A stretch of DNA of 63,442 bases, the filler included, from Welwitschia mirabilis (Eukaryota): NCBI GenBank assembly GCA_051453625.1. It is 7 parts of one record of this genome, joined end to end, with 100 filler letters (N's around TTAATTAATTAA, not from the genome) between each part and the next. Parts side by side here need not be neighbours in the genome. Positions count along the whole stretch, not along the records: positions 19,115 to 28,803 come from JBOZIK010000001.1; positions 28,904 to 47,028 come from JBOZIK010000001.1; 5 more parts are not named here. The stretch is one strand, 5' to 3'. The notes below the pieces were generated by a model, which saw only the letters and a program-made list of their open reading frames with translations, was not told the DNA's origin and did no database searches. Position 1 is the stretch's first letter; the number at the start of each line of letters is the position of its first letter. Positions 26,806 to 40,118 of this stretch are shown piece after piece. Position numbers and translations under genes: made by a program.

Positions 26806-27085
26806 AAATAGTGGTTTTCTAGTATACCATTAACCTTATAATAAATAAAAGTCTTCTCACAAGATAGCACTCTCTCCCCCTCAAGGAAATAGTGGTTCAC
26901 ATAGGTGCATCACAAATCTTTATAATAGTAAGAGTCTCCTCACAAGGTAACCTCTCATCCTCTCAAGGGAATATTGGTTTTCATAGGATCACCACAAACC
27001 TTTACAATAATGAGAGTCTTATCACAAAGTAATACTTTCTCCCTTACAAGAGAATAATGGTTTTTTGACTCACTAATAACCTTAC
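26806..27085 (+). repeat. ~82-bp tandem repeat (3.5-4 units) in an insertion that interrupts the gypsy pol
   Basis: GAA(A)TAGTGGTTTTC...AGTCT(T/C)CTCACAAG...TCAAGG recurs at ~26806, 26887, 26969 and 27051. Confidence 0.8.
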
Positions 27086-28211
27086 ATCAAATAAGTGCCT
27101 TAAAGCATAATATCAAATGCACACCCCTATAAGGGTTACCTTACAAGGTATTTGATGTTTAAAAATGGACTTTAGGATAATATTCAATAATAAGATATTT
27201 CATAATGTAAACCCAAAAAAGATATAACATAATAAAAAACCTAAATATATTACTTTGATGAGGATTTAAGCTCCTTGATGAAGTTATTTTCATGAGTATG
27301 AATGAAGAATGCAGTGATGAAAAACCAAAAGAGAATGATGTTGGTAATGCTAGCTCTTTGTAGTGATGTCTTGATTCTTTATAAAATACTCCTCTGACTC
27401 CTACAAGTTTTCTTTTAATTTTATCATTAAGAGCTAAAAATCCTTTGTATATATATATAATTGATCAATGAGGTGTTAAAAGATTCTTCCTTATTTCATG
27501 ATATTAACTCTTTATATGATTGAGAAAGATCTAACTATTTAAGCTTAAAATATAGCTATTTCATTTTGTAACCACTGCACAATGGATAAAAATGTTTAGA
27601 CATGAGATGCATAACTTTAATTTTAATCAATGTGAATATTAGTCAAATATGTATTCACTTTTATAGACATTTGCTAATAATTAGACATCTTTACCTTATA
27701 GATGTTGTTGCAATGCATATTTATGCTTCTAATTATAATATTTAAAAGATCGAATTTAACTTGCAACATCTGAAAAGCTAAATGTCTATTTGCACATAAT
27801 ACACAATTGTATAGTTGGATTAACCCAATTTTCATACACTTAGAGAAGACTATCAAAAGAGAATATGAAAAATTGCTTTCATTAAGAGAAGAATAAATAT
27901 TTTGAACTTTTACTTTAAAGGAAATAAATTTAAACAATTCAAAGATGAAGATGGAATGCAATGCAATGCAATAAAATAAAATGCAATGTAATGAGTGCAA
28001 TTCTAATGCAATGAATTTAATTAAACTTCCAATTTATTGTCACCTAGATTGGTCCTTATAACCTATTTCAATTACAAATTCATGTCACTTAAATTGCAAT
28101 TAAGATAAGCTNNNNNNNNNNNNNNNNNNNNNNNNNNNNNNNNNNNNNNNNNNNNNNNNNNNNNNNNNNNNNNNNNNNNNNNNNNNNNNNNNNNNNNNNN
28201 NNNNNNNNNNN

Positions 28212-28803
28212 TTCTTTTAATGGCCTCTCTATCAGGATACCACCCATCTTCAATGGGATCAACTATGCTTATTGGAATACTTGAATAAGAATCTTTCTTA
28301 GATTCTTAGATGTAGACATAGAGGAGGTTATATGTAATGGATATGTCAAGCCCACACTATCCAAAACTGATAGTAATGGAATCACCATAATGGTTGAGAA
28401 ATCACAAAACCAATAGACTCCTATCAACAAAGCCAAGGCTATCTTAGATGCTTATGATTTTAATGCTATTTTTTATGTAGTATGTATAAATGAATTCAAG
28501 AGGATTGTAAATTGGAAACATGCTAAGGAATCTTGGGATATACTTAAAATTGCACNNNNNNNNNNNTTCATCATAAAATAGGTAAAGCTACAGATGATTA
28601 TCTCTAAGTTTGAAGATATCCACATAGAAGAAGAAGAGACAATGCAAGTTCTTTACTAGACTGATAGACATATTAAAAGAAGAAGAGACTATGCAAGTTC
28701 TTTGCTAGATTGATAGACATATTAAACTCTATAACAAGTTTAGGGAAGAAAATAAATGGAGTATAAGTTATAAAAAAATTTTTAATATCTTTTCCAAAAT
28801 GCT
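28212..28803 (+). pseudogene. gag: Copia gag fragment between gaps
   Basis: GLSIRIPPIFNGINYAYWNT*IRIFLRFLD...KESWDILKIA...KLQMIISKFEDIHIEEEE; homologous to 52500-53030; 48-bp internal duplication at ~28628-28727. Confidence 0.88.
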
Positions 28804-28903
28804 NNNNNNNNNNNNNNNNNNNNNNNNNNNNNNNNNNNNNNNNNNNNTTAATTAATTAANNNNNNNNNNNNNNNNNNNNNNNNNNNNNNNNNNNNNNNNN
28901 NNN

Positions 28904-31900
28904 CATTTGACTTGTATCATAGATACCTAAACTATAAAAGGTTAGAAAAAAAGGAGAAAAGGCTACTTACTTCTAGTGATGTAATCGACTATACTAAGAA
29001 TGATCAAGCCATCGGCATGCTTAATATGATATATATATATAGTAATCCTACAAACAAGAAACATTAAAATTGCCTAAGAAAAGAAGATTTTAAAGTAGCT
29101 ATTGAGCAATTATATTTACACTTATAGCAGTGAGACTGAACTCACCCAAAACTATGGATCTGTGTGCTACCAGGACACAGAGAATTGCCATGAGAGATGA
29201 ATCTTAATTAAGCTCTACAATTCACAATCACTAGGATTCAATACCACAGTTAAAATGAAGAACATGAAATTATGAAAAATATGAGAATACATAAAATGCA
29301 ACTAGGAGACCAAAAAAATAAAATCCTAGTAATGTCTAGGTCTTTCTCTACTATCTAGAGGGGGAAGGAATAGAATGAAAGAGTTATAGTTTTTGTTATA
29401 TAGTATTTATAGATTACATTCAAAATCCAATATATGAAAGATCATTCATTCTCCTTCCTAAGAATAAAAAACTCATCAAGAACATCACTTAGTAGAATAT
29501 TCGCCTTGAGGCTTCACTACTTTAAAAACGTCTTCTTAGACTCTTACATAATACACTTGAACAAGTGGCACATAGTCCAATGAAGTGGGGTATTACATTC
29601 TCTCCCTCTTAAGAAGTTTTCATTTCCAAAATCTACTTAAGCCATTTATTACTATAATAGTAATCAATATTAGATTGATTAAGTAATGGATTCAAACCCA
29701 ATACATAATCCATACATTACTTTAATAAAATAATTAATAAGTTGATTAAGTAATGAATCCAAATCAAGCTTTGATACTAAGATCTCAAAAACCAANNNNN
29801 NNNNNNNNNNNNNNNNCATGAAATTTTTTCCTCTAAAAACTAAATTACATTACATTAATTGAACATTGCAGTGAATTGATTAGATTGTGACTTGGAGTCT
29901 TACCTCTTAGTTACTCATAGAATTTACATCAAGTGAATTATGTGATGATAGATCACTTGAGTAATATCATAATCAATATTTAGGTTAATTATAAATCTCA
30001 ATTAGGAGCACACATAAGAAGTGTGTAGGTTACAATTAAGTGGTTGGTTGCACTAATAGCTAAGTAACCATCCCTACATAATCCTTATCTAAAGGTGTTT
30101 AGACCATATGTAGTTCTATTTTGGACCTTGTTCTAATATCCACCAATATGCATGAGCATAATATAGATTAAATTGATATGTATTAGTGGCATATGACAAT
30201 TCTAGACATGAAATAATGTAAGAACTTAGTATTCAAACCAACATCTACAGATATTACACACATATAAATAGACATATGCGTAATAGCTATATGTAAAAGT
30301 ATAGGAGGCAGCCTATTAAGATCTCTTAAGGTTATAACATCCAATCCTATTAATAAATTCTAATGCATGAATGATGAAAATATACATGTATATTAATATA
30401 AATTAGATATATGGGTACCTAAACATATATCTATTTATGTATAGTAAACCCCCTGGTCACTTGGCCAAAATATCCATTAGTAACTTCCATCACCAAGTAC
30501 AAGAGACCCCTGTATCTCATTAGCATCTTGATAAGTCACAATGGGAGATAAGTATCATAATAGAATATCATTATAGTAAACTCATGCAAAAATATGATTA
30601 ACACACACACGTACATATATATGCATACACATACCATTTTAGTAGGGTACGTCATAACTATTTCTTTTATAAAATAACATACTAAATCTACTAATATATA
30701 AATATAAAATGTATAAAATGCCAAAATAATTAGCTCATCTGCCACTAATTAAGTCACTAATCTTGATAAGACTTAGTACAATAGAAGTTAAGGATAAAGG
30801 TTGCTATTTAAGTGCTTAATTATTTCAATGAGCATCATAGAATAATTACTAGTATCATATCATTTTATGTATAAGATAGCAAAACTACTTGAAATACTTA
30901 ACTTATATGCTTAAACATGTAAGAAATTATATTTAAGTATACATTTTTGAAAAGAGTTAAGAATACTAAAAGCACCCATGAACATTAAAGAATTAAATTC
31001 TTTGAGAGATGGAGTGAATGTCTATAACCTTTGGAATTTACTTGTAAAACATTAAAATCCTTGCAGACGTTAACACTAAATGGTAATAAAACACTTTTAT
31101 GGAATAAAAAAAACTTCTCCTAAAATGATTTCTTAACTAAAGAACTATAGGCGGCATAAAAAAAAGGTTGAAGGCTTTAAAGTACATTCACCAAGTACTT
31201 ATGCCTATAAATCAGATCTCCATAAGATTACTAATAAATAGAATTTTTTCTTTTCTCAATGAAAATTACATAATTAATGCCTTTTTTAATAATATCAAAA
31301 TGTCCACCCATCTAAGTTAAAACCATAATGAAAAGTGGAAGAAACACTAATCTTGTTTGACTTATGTCACAGATACCTAAAGTACATAAGATTAGAGAAG
31401 AAGAAAAAAAGGCTACTTAATCCCAATGATGTCATTGGTGATACAAAGGATAGTTAAGCCATTAGTGTACTTAATATGATAAATATAGTAACCCTACAAA
31501 TAAGAAACATTACAATCACCTAAGAAAGGAATATTTTCAAGTTGCTATTAATAAATCATGTTTGTATTTATGGAAGTGGCACTAAACTCAGCCCAGTGGA
31601 TTCACATACTACTAAGGTATAGAGAATTACCATGAGAAATGAATCTCCATCAAACTCTGTAATTCATAGTCACTAAGGTTCAATCCCATAATTAAAGCAA
31701 AGAATGCATAATTATGGAAAATATGAGAAGATAGAAAATGCAATCAAAAGATGAAGAAAAACAAAATTCCAATAATTTTTAGGTTTTTCTTTGCTATTTT
31801 AGAGGAGAAGGAACAGAATAAAAGAGTCATAGTTTTTGTTGTACAATATTCGCAGAGTACATTTAAAATATAATACATGAAATTCCTCCATTCTTCTTCC

Positions 31901-32038
31901 TAAAATGAAAAAACTCACTAAGAATAGTACTGAGCAGAGTATTCAACCTAAGAATCCACTACTTTCAAAAATTCTTCCTAGACTCTTACATCACATACCC
32001 AATGAGTAACACATAGTCTAACGAAGTGGAGTGCTGTA
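28904..32038 (-). mobile_element. Non-autonomous chromovirus-type element: 5' LTR 29783-32038, PBS 29768-29779, ~185-bp internal region, PPT 29598-29612, 3' LTR 28904-29597 (cut by gap)
   Basis: 28909-29597 aligns with ~31359-32038; minus-strand PPT TTAAGAGGGAGAGAA then TGTAATACCCC; PBS TAGTATCAAAGC. Confidence 0.75.
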
Positions 32039-32287
32039 AAATCCAATTATATCTTTAACCAAATTTCTCCTTAATAATCATAAAGTTATTTGTAACCATG
32101 ATAACCTTAATTCCTAATAGCTACAAAATTAATTATATCCAATAATTTTAAATCATGAGTAAAATCAATTATATCCTTAATAATACTAGATTCCAAGAAA
32201 ATCCTAACTTCTAAATAAGCATTAATTTCATCATATCTCCCAATAGTCATGAATTTAATTATATTCATAATTTTCCTACTCCTTAAA

Positions 32288-35200
32288 TATCACATCTAGA
32301 TTTTCAAGGTTCAAGACTCTAAATAACTCTTAATGTTGTAGAGTCTTAAGCTAGTTTAATTATTGCATGTATTTTTCTGATTCCTAGAGGTGTAATTATA
32401 TCATGAAAATTTTATGCTATAATTCCTCTCATTTTGTAATAGCCGTAATATAACCTTTTTGAAAATTCTTAGTGATTTAATTTTGATTCCTTAGTGCTTA
32501 AATTATTGTAACTATTGCACTTTTATCTATTTAAACTAGAAAATAGTTTTTATGTGATTTTTGGAAATTACTTCTTATGCAACTCATTTAAACTTTCTCA
32601 TTGTAATAATTGCATGATGAACATTATTATTTATTGTTATAATATTAGTACACCCATTGGCTTGGCAAGAAAATAAATAAGAGTTACAAAATCCCCACCT
32701 CTTACACCACCTTTACCACTCTCCTTTATAATGGTACCTCCTCATGTTCTTGTGTCATTTCACATTCCACATCCTTTAATATAAATAGGACCTTCTTCTC
32801 CTCTCATTTTGTACCTTAAAAAAGGTCGTGTTATTGAATCTTAGATCTTGGAAAAGCCTTAAAACCTTAGAGCCTTGGAATATTCAAGAGTTCTTGAGTC
32901 TTCATTTTAATTCAAGTATTGATTTTAGTTTTCACTTATTCTTTGCATGGTCCTTATCTGTTGCATTTTAGTTAGTATTTATTTTGAATGATTTCAATCT
33001 TATTTAATTTTTGTATTGTTTGTTCTTGCATATCATTGAAGTTTGTTTGTTTAGTTCATCTTACATACATCTCATGTTAGTGTTGTCTTACATCACAATC
33101 CTTAACCATCTTTTTTAATTCTTATGATGAGTTTTGTTATGTATTTTAACTTCTTTGCCTACCACTTGTGTGGACTTCAGGGAGTGATACTCTTTGAAGG
33201 GAGTCTTGAGGCTATGGGATCAAACTTTTAGGATGAATAGGGAGAATATATTTCTTTTTTATTTGAGAACCCCTAACATTTCATACCTTATCATAAACCA
33301 TACTGGGAATTGTGAAGGTTACAGCTCATGCCATGCTTTCTTGTACAAGAAATGTTTCAAGGAATGAGGTAAAGAGGAGTTAATGCTAGGTACCTTCTAT
33401 TTGATTTTACATTTTTGGAAGATCTATGTATTTTAAACTTTTATGTGATGTCTTTGTAATTCTTAAGGAATAAATGCTGAAACAATTTTTCCCTTATTTG
33501 TAAGCTATTAGAGAAATATACCTATTTTGATTGTGAATCAAGAATTTGTTATAGATAGTTTCATTTACAAGGAATCTTCTTTAGATATTATTGATTTCTA
33601 TTGATTATTAAATTTCTTTAATGATAGTTTATTTTTCTATTTGAGCATAAAAATATCAGGAATGTTTAAGAGGATTTCATGAGCACATAAATAATTTGGA
33701 GGCCTATATCTTATTGGATAATTAATAATAAGATAGTTTATTGAGAACTTACTTATAATTATAAGGATATGACTCCAGGTAGATACTTGATTTTATAATG
33801 CATGATAGAAAATCCATATGTTAAGAAAATAGCATAAGATAAGGGGAAGATCCACATCTGGGGTTGTTTGAATCTAGTTTATCAAAAGGGTGGATTATGG
33901 AATCAAAACATCAACCTTTCATTTAGCATCTACTCTTCTTATCATTACATCAAGGGAATAGTTGTTGGAAACCTCAGAATAAAGTTTCCACAGTCTATTT
34001 TTGTAACCAAATATTTATTCCACCTCACTTGGTTTTATGTATTTAATAGCATATCCTTTTTTTTAGCATTAATGAATTCTATTAAGTTGAGATTAGCAAA
34101 CACTTAATTCATTTTTTCAGCAGTAATGCCTTTTTCTAACTACAATCCTTTGGAAGGAACCGTATCATCTGAAGCTAAGCTTTATGATATGTTTCTCATC
34201 TATAGAGGAGAGGACACTAGAAGAATGATTGTTGATCATCTTCATGCTTTTTTTAAAAAGGTAAGGTTGAGAATAATTTTAGACAGCCTTAGTATAAATA
34301 AATGAAAGAATATTAGCTCCACCATATTGAAGGGAATTAAAAGTAGTGCCATCAATATATGGATATTTTCATAGAACTATGCAGAAACATGCTAGTACTT
34401 GGAAGAGTTAGCACATATGTGCAAGTTTGATGGCATCATGATTCCCCTATTCTTTTATTATGTTGAGTTGCTTCATGTTAGGTGTCCTAAAAATAGTCAA
34501 GAATTCAGTTATTTAGATTGTGATTATGTTAAAATGTAACTCCTATATGTTCATTTAGGATTAATATTCTAGTATAGGTTTAGTTTAGGTCATAGAAAGT
34601 TCTTAAGAGCATCCCATCTATATGCCATTACAACACATTATCACATCAACAATTTATTGATCATCCCTAATGCCTGTAATGTATTTCTCTTCTATTACAC
34701 CATTCTTTTCTATTAGAAGTGTTACTTTTTGAGACAATTGAAGCAAGCACGTATGTAGTATGTCTTAGAAGAATTCTTTTAATAATTGGCCTCTCTAACT
34801 CCAACATTGTTCCCTTCCCTCTACGCACCTAAATGGCCCTCTAAAGCATTACCTCCTACTAATAGTTTCCTCATCTATGCCTCTTAATGATTCCCAAATC
34901 ATTTAATTCATACCTCTAGAATTTATGATTAGGTATTTCCCATATGCTGGTATAGCCTTCATACCTCCTTTCATTCTTTGTAGCTACTAAATCATAGCTT
35001 GATAAAGTGACAGCTTGACAATGCCAACGCATTTTGAAGCTTAGGCTCCATCTGAACAGAAGTAAAGAAATGTTCAAATCAATAGTAGGATGTAGCATTG
35101 CAAAATTATAAGCCCTTCTTGTTACCATGATTGATCTTAATATTTGTATCAATTAATCCCTTTTATTATTTTGAAGAGCAACAAGGACCTTTGTGAATTA

Positions 35201-35721
35201 AAATTTAGTCCTTGCCTCACAGATCATCATTGTTTACATTTCAATCAAATTTTTAAAATAAGCAATAATGGTATGATCGATTATCACACACGCTCGTAGA
35301 TAGGGATGTCTTTAGTTTAAATCTCTACAAGGCTTCTTTCTTTTACTTTAAAAAAATAAAATTTTTCTTTCTTAAATATAGGACCAACTTAGAATGTTTA
35401 TTAGAAATCTTTAAAATTATATACCTTTGCCTATTTTCATGATAAGAAAAATTTAGAGAAAAATAGAATATAATATATTTTTTATTTTATTAATTACTAT
35501 CCCTCTCTTAGCTAGCCATTTTTCATTCATAATCTTAAGACATTACCTCATCATATTCAAAAACTCAAGGTAAACATGTGCATTATGTTCATATTCTATT
35601 TGAATCCATTAAATAATATTTTTATAGGCTAAGCCAAGATATTAGCTATTATTTCTTACAATGCGAATTTTATTATAGCCTTCACTTGTTGTTGGATGAT
35701 ATTTTTAATTGCGATGTTACA
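32288..35721 (+). repeat. 5' LTR (~3.43 kb)
   Basis: TATCACATCTAGA...GATGTTACA, collinear with 40119-43343. Confidence 0.92.
34126..34497 (+). pseudogene. TIR-domain exon (TIR-NLR/TIR-only type) captured in the 5' LTR
   Basis: Single frame MPFSNYNPLEGTVSSEAKLYDMFLIYRGEDTRRMIVDHLHAFFKKVRLRIILDSLSINK*KNISSTILKGIKSSAINIWIFS*NYAETC*YLEELAHMCKFDGIMIPLFFYYVELLHVRCP matches the plant TIR consensus YDVFLSFRGEDTR..F.DHL / FLD / IFS.NYA.S.WCL.EL / IP.FY.V.PS.VR. Confidence 0.92.
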
Positions 35722-35825
35722 TTTTTGATATTAAAGCACTAGGTTGGAATGTTGGATTTTATAATTGCCATAATTAATTATTTACAACTAAAAGCTTGAT
35801 AGGTTTAATAGATGGCTCCAAAATG

Positions 35826-38800
35826 AACAGTACCATCACCCCTCTATATGAGGTCTTTGGTGATTTTTGTAGATCATTTGGTAGATGGACTTTATAATAA
35901 GATCAATGAGGAAGATATAATTTAAAAATTCATGATGTGGTTTAGGCTTATAAATTCTTAACATTTGAAGGATCTGATAATGTGACTGAAGTGGGAGCTT
36001 GGCTTATTTCTATAAGTAAGGAACTAGAGATTTTTAATTTCACATTAGAACCAAAAATCATCTTAGTTATTCACTAGCTTAGGAAAAGTGCAGCTCTTTG
36101 ATGGGATACAGAAAATGCACAATCCACATTTTCTAATCATTTGTCTTGAGAGGACCTTGGTAAATAATATCGAGCTAGGTACATATTAGAATATTACCAA
36201 AATGCCAAGGCAGAGGAATTATGCAATCTTAAGTAAGGATCCTTGACAATAGTCCAGTATGAGAATAAGATTATGTAATTACTAAAATACATATCAAAAA
36301 TGTCTAGCTCTGAGGAAATGAAAATATGAAAACTAGTGGAAAGTCTTCATCCTATAATTTAAAAATAGGTTAAGCTATTCTAGCCAAGGTCCTTTGTGGA
36401 AGCCTTGAAGAAGATCAGACTTACCAAAGAATCATGGAGTAATAGTAGAAATTTCGAAAACAAATGAGATTATCCATAGGATAAAAAGGGAACTTAACCT
36501 AGAAAAATACCCTTCTTCAGGAGCATAAGAATATTTAGTGATAGGAATCAGCACAAAGTTACTATAGTAAATGAAATGGAGGTAAGACAACCCCATGAAA
36601 AAGGAAAGACATCCTTGGCACCATTAAAGACCATGCCTGTTGCAGGGATCAAAGTTAAAAATCCTAGATCTGTTAGATGTTATAACTATGGAAAATCCTA
36701 TATGATCAAAAATTATCATATAAAGATAAGAGAAAAATATGTACATGGCATGGTTAATATGAGGAAGTCGTATGCATTAATATATAAGGAGGACATTCAA
36801 CCATCAGTAATATTAGAGAATACAAGTACCTTATTTAATGCTTCTATCAAAATTTTATTAGATTTTACAGCGATAGATTCTTTTATATCCTTCTTATTAT
36901 CTCAAAAGTTGTTTACAAAAATTCACACTAAAAACAAAGTAGCTGTGAAAGTTCTTGATGGTAGCATGGTTAGGGCTCTTAGCAAAACTCCTATATGTGA
37001 TATTATTGGGGATTATAGTTTTTAGGTCTCATTTTTTATTTTAGATTTAGAATATTTTGATGTTATATTAGGCATGAACTATTTATAGGAAAATAAATCT
37101 CAAATAGATTACTTTTTAAGGTAGGTCACTATGTTTAGATCAAGCAGTGAGAAAGNNNNNNNNNNNNNNNNNNNNNNNNNNNNNNNNNNNNNNNNNNNNN
37201 NNNNNNNNNAAATGATGAAAGAAGTGAAGAGAATGAAAACCTTTGAAATACTTTTATTATTTCTTTTCTCCAATCCCAACCAGAAATTTTTGACATACTA
37301 GTAATGAAGGAATATGCATATTTATTTTCTAAAGAGCTACTAGGTTATCCACCAAGTAGAAACGAAGATTTTAAGATAACTCTTAAGCCTAGCACTGAAC
37401 CAATCTTGAGAACACCTTATAGAATGTTTCTCATTGAAATAGTAAAGCTAAAGACTGAAATAACTACTCTACTAGGTAAAGAATTAATTAAACTAAGTAT
37501 AACATCATGGGGTATACCATGTTTTTGTGTCGAAAAGAAGAATGATAGTTTAAGACTTTGTGTGGACTATAAGATGTTGAATAAAGTTACTATTAGAAAT
37601 AGATATTCCTTGCCCAGGATTTAGGATTTATTTAATCAACTTAAGAATGCAATATTTTTCTCCAAAATTGATCTTAAATCTGGATATGTCAGCTTAACAT
37701 CAAGGAAGAAGATGTTTATAAAACAGCCTTTAGAACTAAGTATGGGTATTATGAATTTAGAGCAGTTTTGTTTGGTCTTACTAATGCAATAGCAACATTC
37801 ATGGTAGTGATGACTAATATCTTCAGAAACTATCTAGATGATTTTAATATAGTTTTTATTAATGATGTATTAGTATATTATACAATAAAGGAGGCTTGTG
37901 AGAAATATTTGAGGATAGTTTTAGATACTTTATGGAGAAATCACTTCTATGCTAATCCTGATAAGTGTGAGTTCTAACTATCTAAAGCTTCTTAGGCCAT
38001 GTAATTTTATAAGGTAGGATCAATGTGGATAATGATAAGGTCCAAGGTATCATGAATTGGCCTAAACCTAAGTCAGTATTAGAAGTGAGGAGTTTTCTTG
38101 GCCTTGTAGGATACTATAGAAGGTTTATTAAAAATTTTTCTAAATTATCTTCTCTATTAACCATATTGCCAAAAAAGAATAAACAGTTTGATTGCTCAAA
38201 ATTATGTGATGAAGCTTTTTAGACATTAAAATCAAATCTTGTATCAGCACTAATTTTGAAAATGTTAGAACTAGGGAGGCCTTACATAGTTTACACAGAT
38301 GCCTTGGGAGAAGAATTAGGACTTTTAATGTAAGAAGGCTCAATGATAGCCTAGCATCTAGGCAGTTAAAAAATCACAAAAAGAATTATCCTCTTCATGA
38401 CTTAGAACTAGCAGCAGTATTTCATGAATTAAAAATTTCGTGGCATTATCTTTATGACAAATAGATAGAATTTTGGACAGATCAGAAGAGCCTAGAGTAT
38501 ATTCATAAATAATCTAATTTGAATCTTAGGTAAAGAAGATGGGTAAAATTTTTATGGAATTATGATTTAACAGTGAACTATCATGTAGAAAGGCTAACAT
38601 GGTTACAGATGCCTTAAGCTAAAGGAGGCATGAATTTTATAATCTGAGAGTAGATAGTAATTTATTATGCCTAATAAATGATTTATTAGGTACAATAGAA
38701 TTGTCACCTATGCAAGAGAGTTAGAGAAACTCAAATGGAAGGATTTATAGTTTCAAAAGACTAGTTAGTGGTTAGTATGCTATTTGAAGAAGATTGTGAT

Positions 38801-40085
38801 ACCTGATGTGGCAAGAATAAAACACATAATCTTTAAAGAATTTCATGCAACTAAATATGCTATCCACCCAGGAGTTAATAAGATGTACAAGAATATCAAG
38901 CAGTACTATTGGTTACTAAGAATGAAGTAAAAAATTGCAAATTACATAGACAAATGCATAACTTATTAATTAGCTAAGGCAAAACATAAACATTTTGTAG
39001 GATTTCTATATTCCCATAATGTTCTAGAAGGGAAATAGGAAATTATAGGTATGGATTTTATCATAGGTTTGCTTAGAACCAAGGAAGAATAGGATTCCAT
39101 CCTAGTTATAATAGATCTTCTAACTAAGAGCATATATTTTTCCTAGTGAAAACAACTAACATGGCTAAATGAATTATAAGAGGCTATGTCAAAAATATTT
39201 TTAAGCTTCATGGAGTACCTAAGATGGTAATCTTAGACTAAGATAATAAATTTACATCTAGGTTTTAGATAGCTGTTCATAAGGAGTTAGGCATGAAACT
39301 GAATTTAAGTAAAACCTTTTATCCTCAGACTGATGGGCAACTAAAAGAACAAATCAAATATTAGAAGATTTGTTACAATCAGTTCTATTGGATTTTGAAG
39401 GATCTTAGTCAGATCATTTGCCTCTTGTAGAATTTAGTTATAATTATAGTATTAAGATGCAATTGGATTTGCACTATTTAAAGTCTTATATGGAAGAATA
39501 GATAGAACTCTAGTTTCTTAATTCGATGTAGCAGATAAGAGGATACTGTGAGTTTTTTCTACTAAACACTTAAAGAGAATGTTGAAAAAATCAAAGAGAC
39601 TTCAAACAGTTAAGGATAGACAAATAAAATATGCAAATCAACACAAAAAAAATGTAGAATTCCAAGAAGGGGATCATGTATTTCTCAAGTGTTCCCCATT
39701 CAAGGAAGTTTTTAGATTTGGTAGGAAAGGTAAATTGACCCTCAAATTTATAAGACCATATCAGATCTCTAGAAGAATTGGACCCATGACATATAAATTA
39801 GCTTTACCATCATAGTTATCTATGTCACATAATGTCTTTGATGTGTCATTGTTGAGGAAATGTATTTTCAATGGGACCAAGATTATTCTAGTTTAAGATG
39901 TAATTATCCTTTTTTATTGTACCATAGAAACTCAACCACTTAACCTATTAGATCAAAAGGAAATAACACTTTGAGGGAAGACAATTAAATTATATAAGAT
40001 TAAATGGTTATGGTAGACAAAAGATAAAGTGACATGGGAAACTCAAAATGGCATCTTACAGTGGAAGCTTGAACTACTAATAAGT
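35826..40085 (+). pseudogene. gag-pol: gag-pol of the full-length chromovirus (many stops and frameshifts), with C-terminal chromodomain
   Basis: TFEGSDNVTEVGAWL (gag); ILLDFTAIDSFIS (PR); [24 protein letters not shown] and IVFINDVLVY (RT); EVRSFLGLVGYYRRFIKNFS; NYPLHDLELAAV (RH); FYPQTDGQ and GRKGKLTLKFIRPY (INT); LLDQKEITL*GKTIKLYKIKW..VTWE (chromo). Confidence 0.95.
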
Positions 40086-40118
40086 TTCCAGGAGGAAACC
40101 TCTTAAGGGATGGAGAAA

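Noticed and set aside
34126-34497. Functional host TNL resistance gene
   Set aside because: Three in-frame stops, no NB-ARC or LRR recognisable downstream, and it sits within an LTR.
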